Shown one piece after another: positions 1 through 12,652 of a DNA stretch of 64,000 nt; the stretch's first letter is position 1; every line of letters starts with the position of its first letter. Source of the stretch: Lytechinus pictus (lineage: Eukaryota); the NCBI RefSeq assembly GCF_037042905.1, contig NC_087251.1:22384001-22448000 (forward strand), in the 5' to 3' direction. Under the pieces are notes generated by a model. That model was not told the origin of the DNA. It was given only the letters and a program-made list of their open reading frames with translations, and did no database searches. The position numbers and the translations under genes were made by a program.

Positions 1-342
1 TATTATACCTATTTACCTTCAAAATTTTGAGAATATTATTCTTTAAAAAAAAAGAACACCTGGAGAGAGTAACAGCACAAACTCGTTTCCGGATATCCAG
101 TCCTACCCCCCTTTTCATTAAAAGCCCCCCGTTACCCCCATCTCACTAGATGGCGATTCCACTGCGATCGTCAAAAATCGACAAAGCGTGGTATAACGTA
201 GCTTGATCGTGCCTTTATCTTTTCAATCTTCTCCGTCGTACCTTGATCTTTTCTGAAGCGGCAAGGATCGCCACCATCTTTTTGGTCGCCACAAAATTTG
301 AACATGTTCAAAACTTACGTAGCGAGATCGCGGAGGTGCTAA

Positions 343-1895
343 TACCCCCATCTCACTAGGAAGGCGATCGTGGAGACCATGGCGATCTGTGTAAATCCCG
401 CAAATCGTAGCAGAATCTTCCTCGAATTCAATTTTTAGCCTGCGAGACGATTGCACTGCAACTTCTATGCGACCGACCTGCGCTGAAGGCGATGGTAATA
501 CGCTGAAAGTACGACGATGCCACTTTCTTGCGACGATTCGAGGCAGATGTGATGCGCTGCTTCTGCGATCAAAGCGATCGTACAACGAGGCTCATACGCT
601 AATTAGGACCTCGGTACGGTGGTGCTACGAATGAAGCGATTATGTTACGTTCATGATGGGCTCTTGAAACGATTTCAAGCAATCGGCATACTAATCGCGG
701 CACATGACACATTTTTCAGTCGATTGCCAACCTCCGACCAACATGGATGTTCAGAATTTGGTTGGACTTATACATCTTGGCATTCTAAAAGAACATCAGT
801 TAAAAGTTGAATGCGAGGACAGGAGAAGGAGGAGGCCAAAAAGATACAGGGTCCGATCCTGGCTGTCACCTAAGTCATAATATACAATATTTTTAAAATT
901 TCATTCAAAAGATGTCGATGAGCCTAATAGTTAATATAAGGGATGCATCCAGAATTTCATAAAAGAGCATAAAAATCTTTGATATTCTGTTTATTTTTTT
1001 CCACAAAGTTTGTCACTCAAAAATATTTGGTAAATTCCTTTCAAATTTGCTGACAAGAAGTAGTCTACTGATGTGAGAGCACTCATAAAAAGGGAGGGGG
1101 AGGGGGGCACAATGCCAGAATCTCCCTAAAGATTGCCTTTCCCAATCAATACATTAGTGATCGAATCATTAACAAAATTTGATGTTGTCTACTGTCACTG
1201 TGGTTGGAGTTCAATTTATTTTCAAAACATAATCAATTTATTTATTTCTGCAGAGGTAACCCATTTCGTCATCAAGACATGTGAGCGTCTTTTTTTTCTC
1301 TTTCCAGCTGGCTCAGCAGTGAGATTTTCATCCTCCTCCTGTACCCCCTCCTCTTCCTCCTCTACCTCCTCCTCCTCTACCACCATGACCACCACATAAC
1401 CCCTTGATCTTCCTCTTCGACCGCCGGCCTAAGAGGGGTAGCTTGGGCAGCTTTCCCTTTTCTGGTCCTTTTTCTGGGAGGTATGTTTGAAAACGCCGTG
1501 GTATCGCCTCGTAATCTGTTGCAAATATGATAATCCGCCACCATCGGCACGGCGTTTTATAGCAGCGCGGACGGTTGTTGCGCAATCGCTGCCCAGTCAT
1601 CAGCGGCGCAGCAAAAGCGCAACGCGAACGCCTGTAGCGGGCTGAGAACGTGTGCCACATGCCACCCAAAGAAGGAAGCGTCGTGGTGGAAGCTGTGTGA
1701 AGCGTGTCGTAAGTTTTGAACATGTTCAAAATTTTGTGGCGACCATAAAGATGGTGGCGATCCTTGCCGCTTCAGAAAAGATCAAGGTACGACGGAAAAG
1801 ATTGAAAAGATCAAGGCACGATCAAGCTACGTTATACCACGCTTTGTCGATTTTTGACGATCGCAGTGGAATCGCCATCTAGTGAGATGGGGGTA
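343..1895. mobile_element. Second copy of the same Harbinger-type element, inserted in opposite orientation
   Basis: Same TIRs; TAA TSD at 340-342 and 1896-1898; body is the reverse complement of 133-319 plus 2071-3931. Confidence 0.8.
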
Positions 1896-2492
1896 TAAAG
1901 CGCATCACAATTGAGTCATGAGCGTATTACAAACGACATATTCGTAGCTGTAACGGAGCCCCAACGCATAAAGCGTAGTATAAGCGCATTAAAAGCGGCA
2001 CCGATCGCCCGTGGTTTTCAGGCCCGTTCCCAAGACAATTCTGCTACGCTGCTTCCGTTTACAAGGCGACTCGACACGCTTCACACAGCTTCCACCACGA
2101 CGCTTCCTTCTTTGTGTGGCATGTGGCACACGTTCTCAGCCCGCTACAGGCGTTCGCGTTGCGCTTTTGCTGCGCCGCTGATGACTGGGCAGCGATTGCG
2201 CAACAACCGTCCGCGCTGCTATAAAACGCCGTGCCGATGGTGGCGGATTATCATATTTGCAACAGATTACGAGGCGATACCACGGCGTTTTCAAACATAC
2301 CTCCCAGAAAAAGGACCAGAAAAGGGAAAGCTGCCCAAGCTACCCCTCTTAGGCCGGCGGTCGAAGAGGAAGATCAAGGGGTTATGGTGGTGGTAGAGGA
2401 GGAGGAGGTAGAGGAGGAAGAGGAGGGGGTACAGGAGGAGGATGAAAATCTTACTGCTGAGCCAGCTGGAAAGAGAAAAAAGACGCTCACAT

Positions 2493-3004
2493 CCCGGGGG
2501 GGCACTCAGTATATAATGCATAGTGGGTATGTGCCGCGGAGGGGACCCCCATTTTTACACTCAAATTTCCGTTCCGAGGCATAGCATTTTTGTCTTATTG
2601 AGAAAAAGAACAAAGAAAGCCGCTCCAAAGCATAGCATTTTCTTCTTCTCGAGAAAAAAGAAGAAAAAAAATCCGCTCCAGGGCTTCGCATATATTCCGG
2701 TACGCCGTGCCGGTCGCAATTTTGGTGAAAAGCGGCCGCAGCTCGCTGTCCGACCATCGCCTCTGCGCTAGCGCGCCCGTCAGTCGTGCCGCCGGGCTAG
2801 CTGCATGCACGTTCCATAGGGATGCATACGCACTCGCACGCAGGCGACCCGTTCCAAGGACCCCCGTTTTCACAAACATTTGTAGTTCCGAAGCCCGTTC
2901 CGAGGACCCTCCTTTTTACAATTCGCCCGCTCCAAGGCCCCCGTTTTTTGTCTCGCCCGCGGCACACCCCTACCACTTTTTTGGTCGAGTGCCCCCCCCC
3001 CGGG
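2493..3004. mobile_element. Non-autonomous DNA transposon with CCCGGGGGGGCACTC TIRs and 8-bp TSD
   Basis: TSD gctcacat at 2485-2492 and 3005-3012; the sister copy has the empty site at about 1278-1285. Confidence 0.85.
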
Positions 3005-3983
3005 GCTCACATGTCTTGATGACGAAATGGGTTACCTCTGCAGAAATAAATAAATTGATTATGTTTTGAAAATAAATTGAATTCTAACCACAGTGACAGT
3101 AGACAACATCAAATTTTGTTAATGATTCGATCACCAATGTATTGATTGGGGCATTGTGCCCCCCTCCCCCTCCCTTTTTATGAGTGCTCTCACACCAGTA
3201 GACTACTTCTTGTCAGCAAATTTGAACAGTTGAAAGGAATTTACCAAATATTTTTGAGTGACAAACTTTGTGGAAAAAAATGAACAGAATATCAAAGATT
3301 TTTATGCTCTTTTATGAAATTCTGGATGCATCCCTCATATTAACTATTAGGCTCATCGACATCTTTTGAATGAAATTTTAAAAATATTGTATATTATGAC
3401 TTAGGTGACAGCCAGGATCGGACCCTGTATCTTTTTGGCCTCCTCCTTCTCCTGTCCTCGCATTCAACTTTTAACTGATGTTCTTTTAGAATGCCAAGAT
3501 GTATAAGTCCAACCAAATTCTGGACATCCATGTTGGTCGGAGGTTGGCAATCGACTGAAAAATGTGTCATGTGCCGCGATTAGTATACCGATTGCTTGAA
3601 ATCGTTTCAAGAGCCCATCATGAACGTAACATAATCGCTTCATTCGTAGCACCACCGTACCGAGGTCCTAATTAGCGTATGAGCCTCGTTGTACGATCGC
3701 TTTGATCGCAGAAGCAGCGCATCACATCTGCCTCGAATCGTCGCAAGAAAGTGGCATCGTCGTACTTTCAGCGTATTACCATCGCCTTCAGCGCAGGTCG
3801 GTCGCATAGAAGTTGCAGTGCAATCGTCTCGCAGGCTAAAAATAGAATTCGAGGAAGATTCTGCTACGATTTGCGGGATTTACACAGATCGCCATGGTCG
3901 CCACGATCGCCTTCCTAGTGAGATGGGGGTATAAATGCCCTCGTCTACATCTATAACACCCATCAGGCCCTGATGCGCGTTAA

Positions 3984-4569
3984 AGGACAAGTCCACCCCA
4001 ACAAAAAGTTGATTTGAATAAAAAGAGAAAAATCCAACAAGCATAACACTTAAAATTTCATCAAAATCGGATGTAAAATAAAAAAGTTATGACATTTTAA
4101 AGATACGCTTAATTTCACAAAATAGTTATATGCACATCCTGGTCAGTATGCAAATGAGGGAACTGATGACATCACCCACTCACTTTTTCTTTTGTATTTT
4201 ATTATTTGAAATATGAAATATTCTAATTTTCTCCTCATTGTCCTGTGAAACAAAGTTTTATTTCTCACTGAACATGTGGAGTTACCATTGCTTAACATTA
4301 TATTGTTCAGTCAAGTTGGTCCTTATTGTCATATTTGACAATAATTCAAACAATAAAAAACAAAAGAAATAGTGAGTAAGGGACATCGATTCTCTCATAT
4401 GCATGTGACTAAATTGTGCATATAACTATTTTGTGAAAAATAAGCGAAATTTCAAAATGTCATAACTTCCTTATTTTACATCCGATTTTGATGAAATTTT
4501 CAGCATTATGCTTGTCTGATTTTTCTCTGTTGATTCAAAACAACTTTTTTTCTGAGGTGGACTTGACCT
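3984..4569. mobile_element. Kolobok-like MITE
   Basis: TTAA|AGGACAAGTCCACC...GGTGGACTTGACCT|TTAA with long subterminal inverted repeats. Confidence 0.8.
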
Positions 4570-5614
4570 TTAAAGATGAAAAATTCACAAGCATTTATAA
4601 AATGTGATTTTTTTTTCGCTCGGTCGCTATTACAAATATGTGTTATGGGGGAGGGGGACTAGCTGCTTAGTCAGTATAAGTCTACACACAATAGGCTATT
4701 TTTATTGTACTGAATAAACCAACGTCTAGAACCGCTCCTGAATGCAATGTTACAAGGAAAACGACGAATGCACTTCGGAAGACACAAAATTATTGAAATA
4801 TCGGATTTTAATACGAAAATAGGAAACTTTTCAAGCTTGTTCTCTGCGCGCGCTCACATTTCCTCGTTTTCAATGTACTTCATATAAAAAGTCTCGTCCT
4901 ATCGCCTGTCTTGATTAAAAAACATTAAGATGGTAATTTCGTATGCATAAGTTTTTATTGTCCAAAATGCCCTTTGGAAGTCTCATAATTCTGGAGATTC
5001 CGGAAGCTTCACCCGAACTGGTATCGCACTTTATTGTTTCGACTCACAATGGATTTTGAGAAGAAAACAAGTGTACAAATAATTTGCCATTGCTTGCCAT
5101 TTAATTCCATACGAGGCATCAAAACACAGGCAATATGCCTAAATAACATAAAAGGTAATGAACATCAACACAATCTGAATAATGTCGTGAGACATAACAA
5201 AAGACTACATATGCATTAGAACTGTGGCATACTGAAAGATATGGTCACGTGAACACCAGGAGGGTAGTAACTCCTCCCTGGGGCTGTTGATCACGTGACC
5301 CACCCGCAGGATAGTAGTTCCCACGGGTATTTCCCCTAAATTTTGGTATAACCAACATCTTTGGAGCATATACTTTGATATTAATATTGGTGATCTGTCA
5401 GGTTTCAAACAATTTGTTTCTGAACACAAACCTTCTATATATAAGGCTATCCTTTCATGCTCCTTACCATTTACGTGTAACAACCAAAATCAGCCACATT
5501 ATGTAATATGCTTCATTAAGTCTGAAAATACATATAACATGTACATCTATATATCCATACTATGGTTGTATCCGCAACTATCTGTGCACGCTTTCTTGAT
5601 AAACGCTGTAATTG

Positions 5615-6880
5615 CCCGCCCAACCTTCCAACCTTATGCAGGCCAAAGAGCTACGTTCAGATTTCCTGTGCTCCTAATTACCAACATAAAATCAATATCT
5701 CTCCCAACCTCCCAACCAATGCTGACATCATTCTTCCCAACCTCCCAACCATGTCCTGTTTCACAGGAGTATCATAAATCTTGATAGACAAAATTTCCTA
5801 AACATTTCCATGTAGCTAATTCGCATCATAGAGCTCAAGGACCCAATGTCTCTCCCAACCTCCCAACCATTAGGTGATGTCTCACAGGAGCATCATAAAT
5901 CGTGATACACAAAATTTCCTAAACATTTTCCATACTCCTAATTTCCATCATAGAGCTCAAGGACTCAAAGTCTCTCACAACCATGATGACACAATTCTGC
6001 CCAGCCTCCCAACCATAATGCAGAGCCGCCAACCTGAACAAGAACATTTCAGTACTGTATTTTCAAGGCTGAAAATCATTATTTTGGTGAGGAAATTAGT
6101 ATTTTCACAGGAATGCCATAGGACAACACATAAACTGAAACTTAAGAAATCAGTATTCTTCTCTATTTTCAGTACTAAATACGGAAAATCAGTACTACTT
6201 GGCAGCTCTGATAATGTAACGTCCCACAGGAACATTATAAATCTTGATACACAAAATGTCCTAAACATTTTCCGTGCTCCTTATTTGCATCATAGAGCTC
6301 AAGGACTCAATTTCTCATCCAACCTCCCAACCATGCTGACATAATTCTGCCCAACCTCCCAACCATACATTAAAATCTCACAAGAATATAAAAAGTCGCG
6401 AAACACAAAATTTCCTATTTATTTTCCATGCTCTTAATTCCACCAAAGAGACTCAAAACTCAATGTCGCTCCAAACTTCACAACCATGCAGACATAATTC
6501 TGCCCAGCCTCCCTACCGTGGTGTCTCACAGGAACATCATAAATCCTGATACACAAAATTTCCTAAACATTTTCCATGCTCCTTATTTGCATCATAGAGC
6601 TCAAGGACTCAATGTCTCTCCCAACCTCCCAACCATGCTGACATAATTCTGCCCAACCTCCCAACCATAGACTTAAATCTCACAAGAATATCATAAGTCG
6701 TGAAACACAAAATTTCCTAATTATTTTCCATGCTCTGAATTCCATCAAAGAGACTCAAAACTCAATGTCGCTCCAAACCTCCCAACCATGCTGACCTACT
6801 GTCGTAATTCTGCCCAGCCTCCCAACCATCATGTCATATTTCTTATGAATATCGTAAATCGTGATACACAAAATTCCTGG
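5615..6880. repeat. Tandem repeat, ~120-150 bp units rich in ccaacctcccaacc, with a ~300-bp higher-order unit
   Basis: Recurring tcacagga..cataaatc..gatacacaaaatttcctaaacattttcc..catagagctcaaggactcaa units; 6225-6525 closely matches 6525-6825. Confidence 0.8.
6021..6210. mobile_element. Small hAT-like MITE inside the tandem repeat
   Basis: TIRs CAGAGCCGCCAA / TTGGCAGCTCTG; 6-bp direct repeat ataatg at 6015-6020 and 6211-6216. Confidence 0.7.
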
Positions 6881-7666
6881 ATATGGTTATTCTCAACAGT
6901 AACTCAGCTCTACGTGTAAAGTCAGTTGGTGTGGTAACACACAACAATCATTTATTGTTACACTGCAATGCTCACAGTCATGTAGCCCCCACACACTGTA
7001 ACCTCGTGTGTCTAAATTTTGTACTGACGTTAGGTCCTCTCCTCTAGATATTATAAAATAAAACCCTGATATCATAAAACAAAAATACATAGGGTGGGAG
7101 GGGAGGGAAACTTGTTGCCTCGATGGGATTTCAAACTGCAATGGCTTTATACAAGCACATGTCATTATAGAGCCGGGGTAATAGTATGGAGCGCTTAGAA
7201 TCATTTGTATTAAGCGCGATATGAATGCTGCATATTATAATGCAAGTTCCCCGCTGTGATTAATTCACATGATATGCAACTAGTGATCAGATGCACGTTC
7301 TAACTCAATTTAAACTATTTACATAGTTAAGCACCTGACTTATTCTTCAATAAAGCTAACACTTGTCTCTCTCAAAATTTTACTGATCACTAACAATGAT
7401 CATTACCTTACCAAAGTAGAAATAGGTGTTAATTCAGTATAAGTTCTTTATGAAGGCTTGCCGCATGGTGTAGATGCAGATTGGCTACATCTTGCATTTA
7501 GTAGATATTGCTTGTCATCAAAATATCAACGTTTTATGACATACAGTATAATATATCATAGAATTGCTATATTTCAAATTTTTATGCAAATAATCATTAA
7601 AAATTTGATGTTTAGTGTAAGTGGACCACCATGTGGGTGTACTGGGAATGCTGGATACATTATATA

Positions 7667-9746
7667 CACAACAACAAAAGTAAGTCCCCCCTTAAACAAA
7701 CATCAATAATTTCCGAACCAATGCGAGTTTTTAATATATTTTTACATGAGCGTGTAGGTAATTTTATAAGCTACCCTCTGAGTAAATGTTATGGACCTAT
7801 TTCACTTCATGCTTCAGTAGGCACCGTCAGAAGGCAAAAATCTCCCTTTTCAAAAGTCACAAGCCAAATATCATGACTTTGATTCCATTTTATTGGAACC
7901 AATTCCACATTCTCATCATAAAAAAATTGTCAGAAGGCTTGTAAAATGTACTCTCTAAAAAACGATACAACTTTTTTGGCTAAATTTCACGGTTGAATAA
8001 ACACAAGTCCAAATTTGCTATAATTGGATTTTTTACACATTTATATCAATAAAAATGATAGAATATGATGACAGTTATTTTTGGAAGAGTTTCAAAACAA
8101 TATTCATCGTTTCACGGTTCAATGAACATTTATTGAAAACAAAAAATACGATTTTCAAATATCTTAGGCAAGTATTGGTTCATTTTGAGAACTGAAAATG
8201 ATCTTTTCTCAACTTTTTCGTTATGTTCACGACCAATTAACATGCTTCAATGATTCAAAGGCGTTTAATTAAATATCCACGCTTGAATGAACATGTGGAA
8301 TGCGATTAGCTCTTTTTTACGTTATTGGAAAAAAATGCAATTTGCTACAATGGATATCTGTCACAAACCTCCTTGCATAGTTCATTTGATTTGATTTTTA
8401 TGAAAATCCCGATGTTTAATGCATCAGTGAGCACACAATATTCGAAAATTATGCAAATGAGAAGAAAGTTCAAGGCCTTGGCCCCACTCTGTGTCGTATC
8501 GAATGGTTATTTTGATGTGCGCGCCTTTTGGATAGTGTTACTCTGAAGCCATGTACGAAGTTTCATGAAATAACTATTGGCAGAAGTAACAAAAACCGTC
8601 CATGAAACAAACCTTCGTTTCATATTTGTTAAAATTATGACTTCGTTTCTCATAGACCTGTGTACATTATGGGTGCACATGTTTAAGAATAAGTAACCCC
8701 TTATTCAATATGGTGGAACTTTTTTTCACGGCTGTCTTTAGCAATGTCATTTGGCAGTAATGTTTATCAACCTATGGGCAGAATTCTGTGCAAAAATGAA
8801 ATCGATTTGTCTATTTATGGATGAGTGAGCACGCATCAAAGTGGAAAAATTGGTATTTTCAATGTCACAGACTAATTTTAAAGGGTAATAAAGTGAATAT
8901 TGGGGGCATATTCGGTTTCAAATAAGACTTTAATTCCTATTGTTTTTATCATCCATCATTTCTATCACCACACACTTTCCAAACTTTAAAAATTTTCATG
9001 GTTGAGCGAGCACATTCGAAAACTTAGGAATAAATACTCTTTATACTGCATAAATGTATTATTTTCCTAACAATTTCTCATGATCAGTTTAATTTATGGA
9101 CAAATCAGTGATGGGTCCAGAATTTTAAAATGGGGGAGGGGCCTATAATCGGGGGAGCCACCAACATTTTCAAATTTTAACATGATCTAACAAGTTGTAG
9201 AAGATACAACCATAAACCCCTATGATGATACGTTACAATACAGGGGCCGGGGAAGGGTTTTCAAAGGGGGGGGGGGGGGGCTGACCATGCAAAAAATCAC
9301 AATCGTATGGTCATTTCTACATTTTTGTACATGCTTTTGGAAAAAAGTGGGGGGATGAAGCTCCCCGCCCAGCCCCCCCCCTCGCTTCTGAGGCCCCTGC
9401 AATATATTGTGCTCACTCAACCATGAATATATGATATCAAAATTGTGTGTGGAGTGGTTAAATGATGGATAGTAAAACAGCATAATACCATAAAATTCAC
9501 CTAAAGACAACATTTGCCCAACTTTGTATGTGCACAATCTGAAAAACGACTCTTGTGACTTTCAAAAATGGTCATTTTTAATTCAATCTTTAATTACTCA
9601 TGCATGACTCAACCGATCAATCTTATTTTTCTCCGGGAGTTGCTTAATGAGTGTAGAAAACCATCTACGGAATATCATATCTCAAAATAATTCCGTTCAA
9701 AAGTTACAGCAATTTGATTTAGGGGGGACTTACTTTTTTTGTTGTG
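7667..9746. mobile_element. Non-autonomous Tc1/mariner-like element
   Basis: TA|CACAACAACAAAAGTAAGTCCCCCC...GGGGGGACTTACTTTTTTTGTTGTG|TA; subterminal inverted matches near 7847 and 9552. Confidence 0.7.
9241..9399. mobile_element. Small CAGGGGCC-TIR MITE nested in the previous element
   Basis: CAGGGGCC...GGCCCCTG with 5-bp direct repeat caata on both sides. Confidence 0.6.
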
Positions 9747-11748
9747 TATATAACACAAAAATTAAGATTTCGTTACTAGCTCGAAAATTGACCCTAAGAT
9801 TAGTTTTAGGAAGCATTACAAAATTCAGTGTAATTGTAATTTTGTTATTTTGACGTACGATTTTTTTTATATATTAAATCTCCTGAATAAAAAAATAAAC
9901 ACGAAAGATGTGTGCTGTAACATTAATGATCAGAAGGAATATTGAATGATAATGCTTGATTAGTATTTTCTATGTTTGATAAAGATAGAGACTTTATGAA
10001 TGGATACCTAACCATGCTGACTAAGCCAATAGACCATAACTCGCCACGAGTCCCAGGAAGGGGGGCGGAAGGTGCGGGCGTCCGTAAGATATGAAAATAC
10101 CCTGAATGAACCCCTGTATAAGCCTTTATTACCAATTACGCACCCTGCACCCCAGTTAAATGAGCGATTACTTTTTTGTGTGCTTGTCAAGCTTTTCTGG
10201 TGACGAAATGTCCTTCATTTTGGACTGATGACCTTTTCCTTTTAAATTATTTTTAGCATGTACAATTTTTCGGGCATTAAAAGTCCGACTCTGGATCCGC
10301 GCCTGTGTGGTGTCCGTAATAGAAAAGAGAAAAGCTGACACCAGAACGAGCTGAAAATCCCTCTTATTAACTGAATTACACTCTAATCCATCCCCGCCTC
10401 CCTCCCAAAAAAAAAGGGACATAACAACCGAGTATAGGCCTATTATTCACATCCGTCATGCATCTAACCCAGCGACATGTGAAAAATGACGTGAAATTAA
10501 ATATTTCTGATTGACAAATGTCTTTTGGACACAAGGACGACTGTTACGGCACATTTTGGTAAATTTACCAAAATGCTCCTTAACAGACGGCCATTACAAA
10601 AGCATAAAAGATGATGGTACCATAGCAAGCTGGAATTATTTTGCTTGAAAATGTTAGCCGACACACCTCATAGAAATATGTTGAGATGTTACCTCGAATA
10701 CCCCTCCCCACCGAACTATTGATATTTTAACGAATATCTGAACAATTAGAATAAAGAAATACATTTAATATTGACTTGGCCAGAATCAAAATCCTCAAAA
10801 ACAGTTTTTAGGGTATTTTATTGTTAATCAAAAGCATTTCAGATTTAATTTTGTTGCTGTAAGTTTAGAGGAATTAATCCAATATGACCGATAAGGGATA
10901 TAATTCTCCCTTCAGGAATACTACACAAAAATCAAAGGATTTTACCCAAGATTATCATTAAACTTTTTTAAATTACTTTGAAACCATAACAATCTCGGTC
11001 ATTATGGTTCAAAGATTATATAGAGCTCGGACGTTCAAGTATGAATATACTCGTGAATCTGTGCTCTTTCTGATCGACTTTGATATAAATGTATATAATA
11101 TCTACACATATATATATAAATAAATAAATAATATATATATATATTTATATATTCATATTCAGAAATATAAAAAAAAAATTGGGGAAGGGGATTTATATTT
11201 GGCTTCATTTTGTCACTGATCATTACTATCAGTCACAAACAGTCATTCACACTAATAGACAAAACAGACTACGCATTTCAATGAGTGAATTATGAAGAAT
11301 CTCGTTCTTTTATTGTGAAGTTAGTGAAGATTTTAAATAGAGGCATGCTCCATAAAGTTTATAATGATGCTTCACATTAATGTAATAAAGAAATGATATA
11401 TATTTGTAGCTAAACTATGAAATAAAATATGTGTGAGGCCCACAGGGATAATACGTGTCTATCACCCATTCGCGCGTATCAACGTTTTATTTAGTGCTAT
11501 AGTATTGAATTCGCACCAAATCAATTTCAAAACGGTAATCATTCTTGGTGAAGTTTTTGAATTGCTGCCTCCATGGTTTCTCTGCAACGTGGACTCATGC
11601 CATGTATATTATATGTCCATGCAATTCAGCCTGCTCAAATGTGTACAAAGTTTAGCACCGCTATACATAAACCTATTTTATAACTAATAAGTGGGTAATA
11701 TTTTGAAAAAAGACAGCATTGCATCGCCCATCCCCCCTCCTTCCCACA

Positions 11749-12103
11749 CACAGCAAAAAAAATTATACAACGCTGTTTAATATATGAACCTTACAGCAAT
11801 TGTTTAAACAGTTTAAACAACTGTAAACAACTGTTTAAATCTTAAGCAACAAAGTTTAATTTTCAATATCTAATTTTCAATAAATTAAACATGATCCTGT
11901 AACACAAGGAGAAAACAAGCCGACCCCATCTTGCGTTTTCCTCCTTTGATTTGAAGAACGAGGCTTAGATCATGAAAAAAAAAAGAATGTGAATAAACCT
12001 TACATTACTTTACAAGCGAAGAAAATAAATTTGTTAAACAAATACTGTAAGGTTCATATAGTAAACAGCGTTGTATAAAATCTTAAACAGCGTTTTTACT
12101 GTG
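11749..12103. mobile_element. CACAG-terminated MITE (CMC/EnSpm-like)
   Basis: Palindromic body with acaacgctgttt / aaacagcgttgt; related copies near 46587-47160 and 63883-64000. Confidence 0.55.
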
Positions 12104-12184
12104 CACTCTCCACGCCAAACTTTTACTATTGTGTATTTAAGGTTAGAGGTCATTCACAATGGAGATAAAAAGAATTGACAAATA

Positions 12185-12230
12185 TTTATTTAAAAAAAAA
12201 ACAGGGTTGTAGAAATTATAAAGTTTTATT
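12185..12230 (-). terminator. Candidate polyadenylation signals of gene A
   Basis: Minus-strand AATAAA at 12230-12225 and 12190-12185, about 380-420 nt after the stop. Confidence 0.45.
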
Positions 12231-12608
12231 AGCCAGATATAGTACAATGAACATCTAGAGTAGAGCAATTTTGTACTTAAAAATTAGATTAATTCTAACT
12301 GAATATAATCGGAAGTTCTAAGAACTAAGAGATATGACCGATAATGGATATAATTCTCCCTTCAGGAATACTACACAAAAATCAAAGGATTTACCCAAGA
12401 TTATAATTAAACTATTGTTTTTTTAATTACTTTGAAACCATAACAATGTAGTAAATGCATCAGATGCGGATGCAAATGATATATCGAACATAATCTTACT
12501 ATATAGTAAGATTTTGTTGATATATCATTTGCATCCGCAGCTGATGATATAGTCATTCTGACTCTGGTGTTTTAGTGTTGGAAAGCAGGCTTGGGCCGTT
12601 CATCGTCT

Positions 12609-12652
12609 TTATGAAGTGGAAAGTAGAACATTCACCAACATCTGGACGAATT
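12609..12652 (-). CDS. Gene A exon 6, coding part (EFVQMLVNVLLSTS*)
   Basis: ttcag acceptor, 44 nt to TAA; completes the calmodulin-like YEEFVQM helix. Confidence 0.9.

Larger units (their letters stand above)
133..3931. mobile_element. Non-autonomous PIF/Harbinger-type element (outer copy, with two nested insertions)
   Basis: TIR TACCCCCATCTCACTAG at 133 and its reverse complement ending at 3931, followed by TAA; left TSD does not match. Confidence 0.7.

Noticed and set aside
119..132. Degenerate long TSD of the outer Harbinger copy (taaaagccccccgt vs taaatgccctcgt at 3932)
   Set aside because: Several mismatches, and it does not fit the 3-bp TWA TSD of the family.
223..3934. Many GC-rich ORFs, some as identical pairs on opposite strands
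   Set aside because: They lie in the nested Harbinger palindrome; the pairing comes from the inverted repeat and I see no transposase or Myb motifs.
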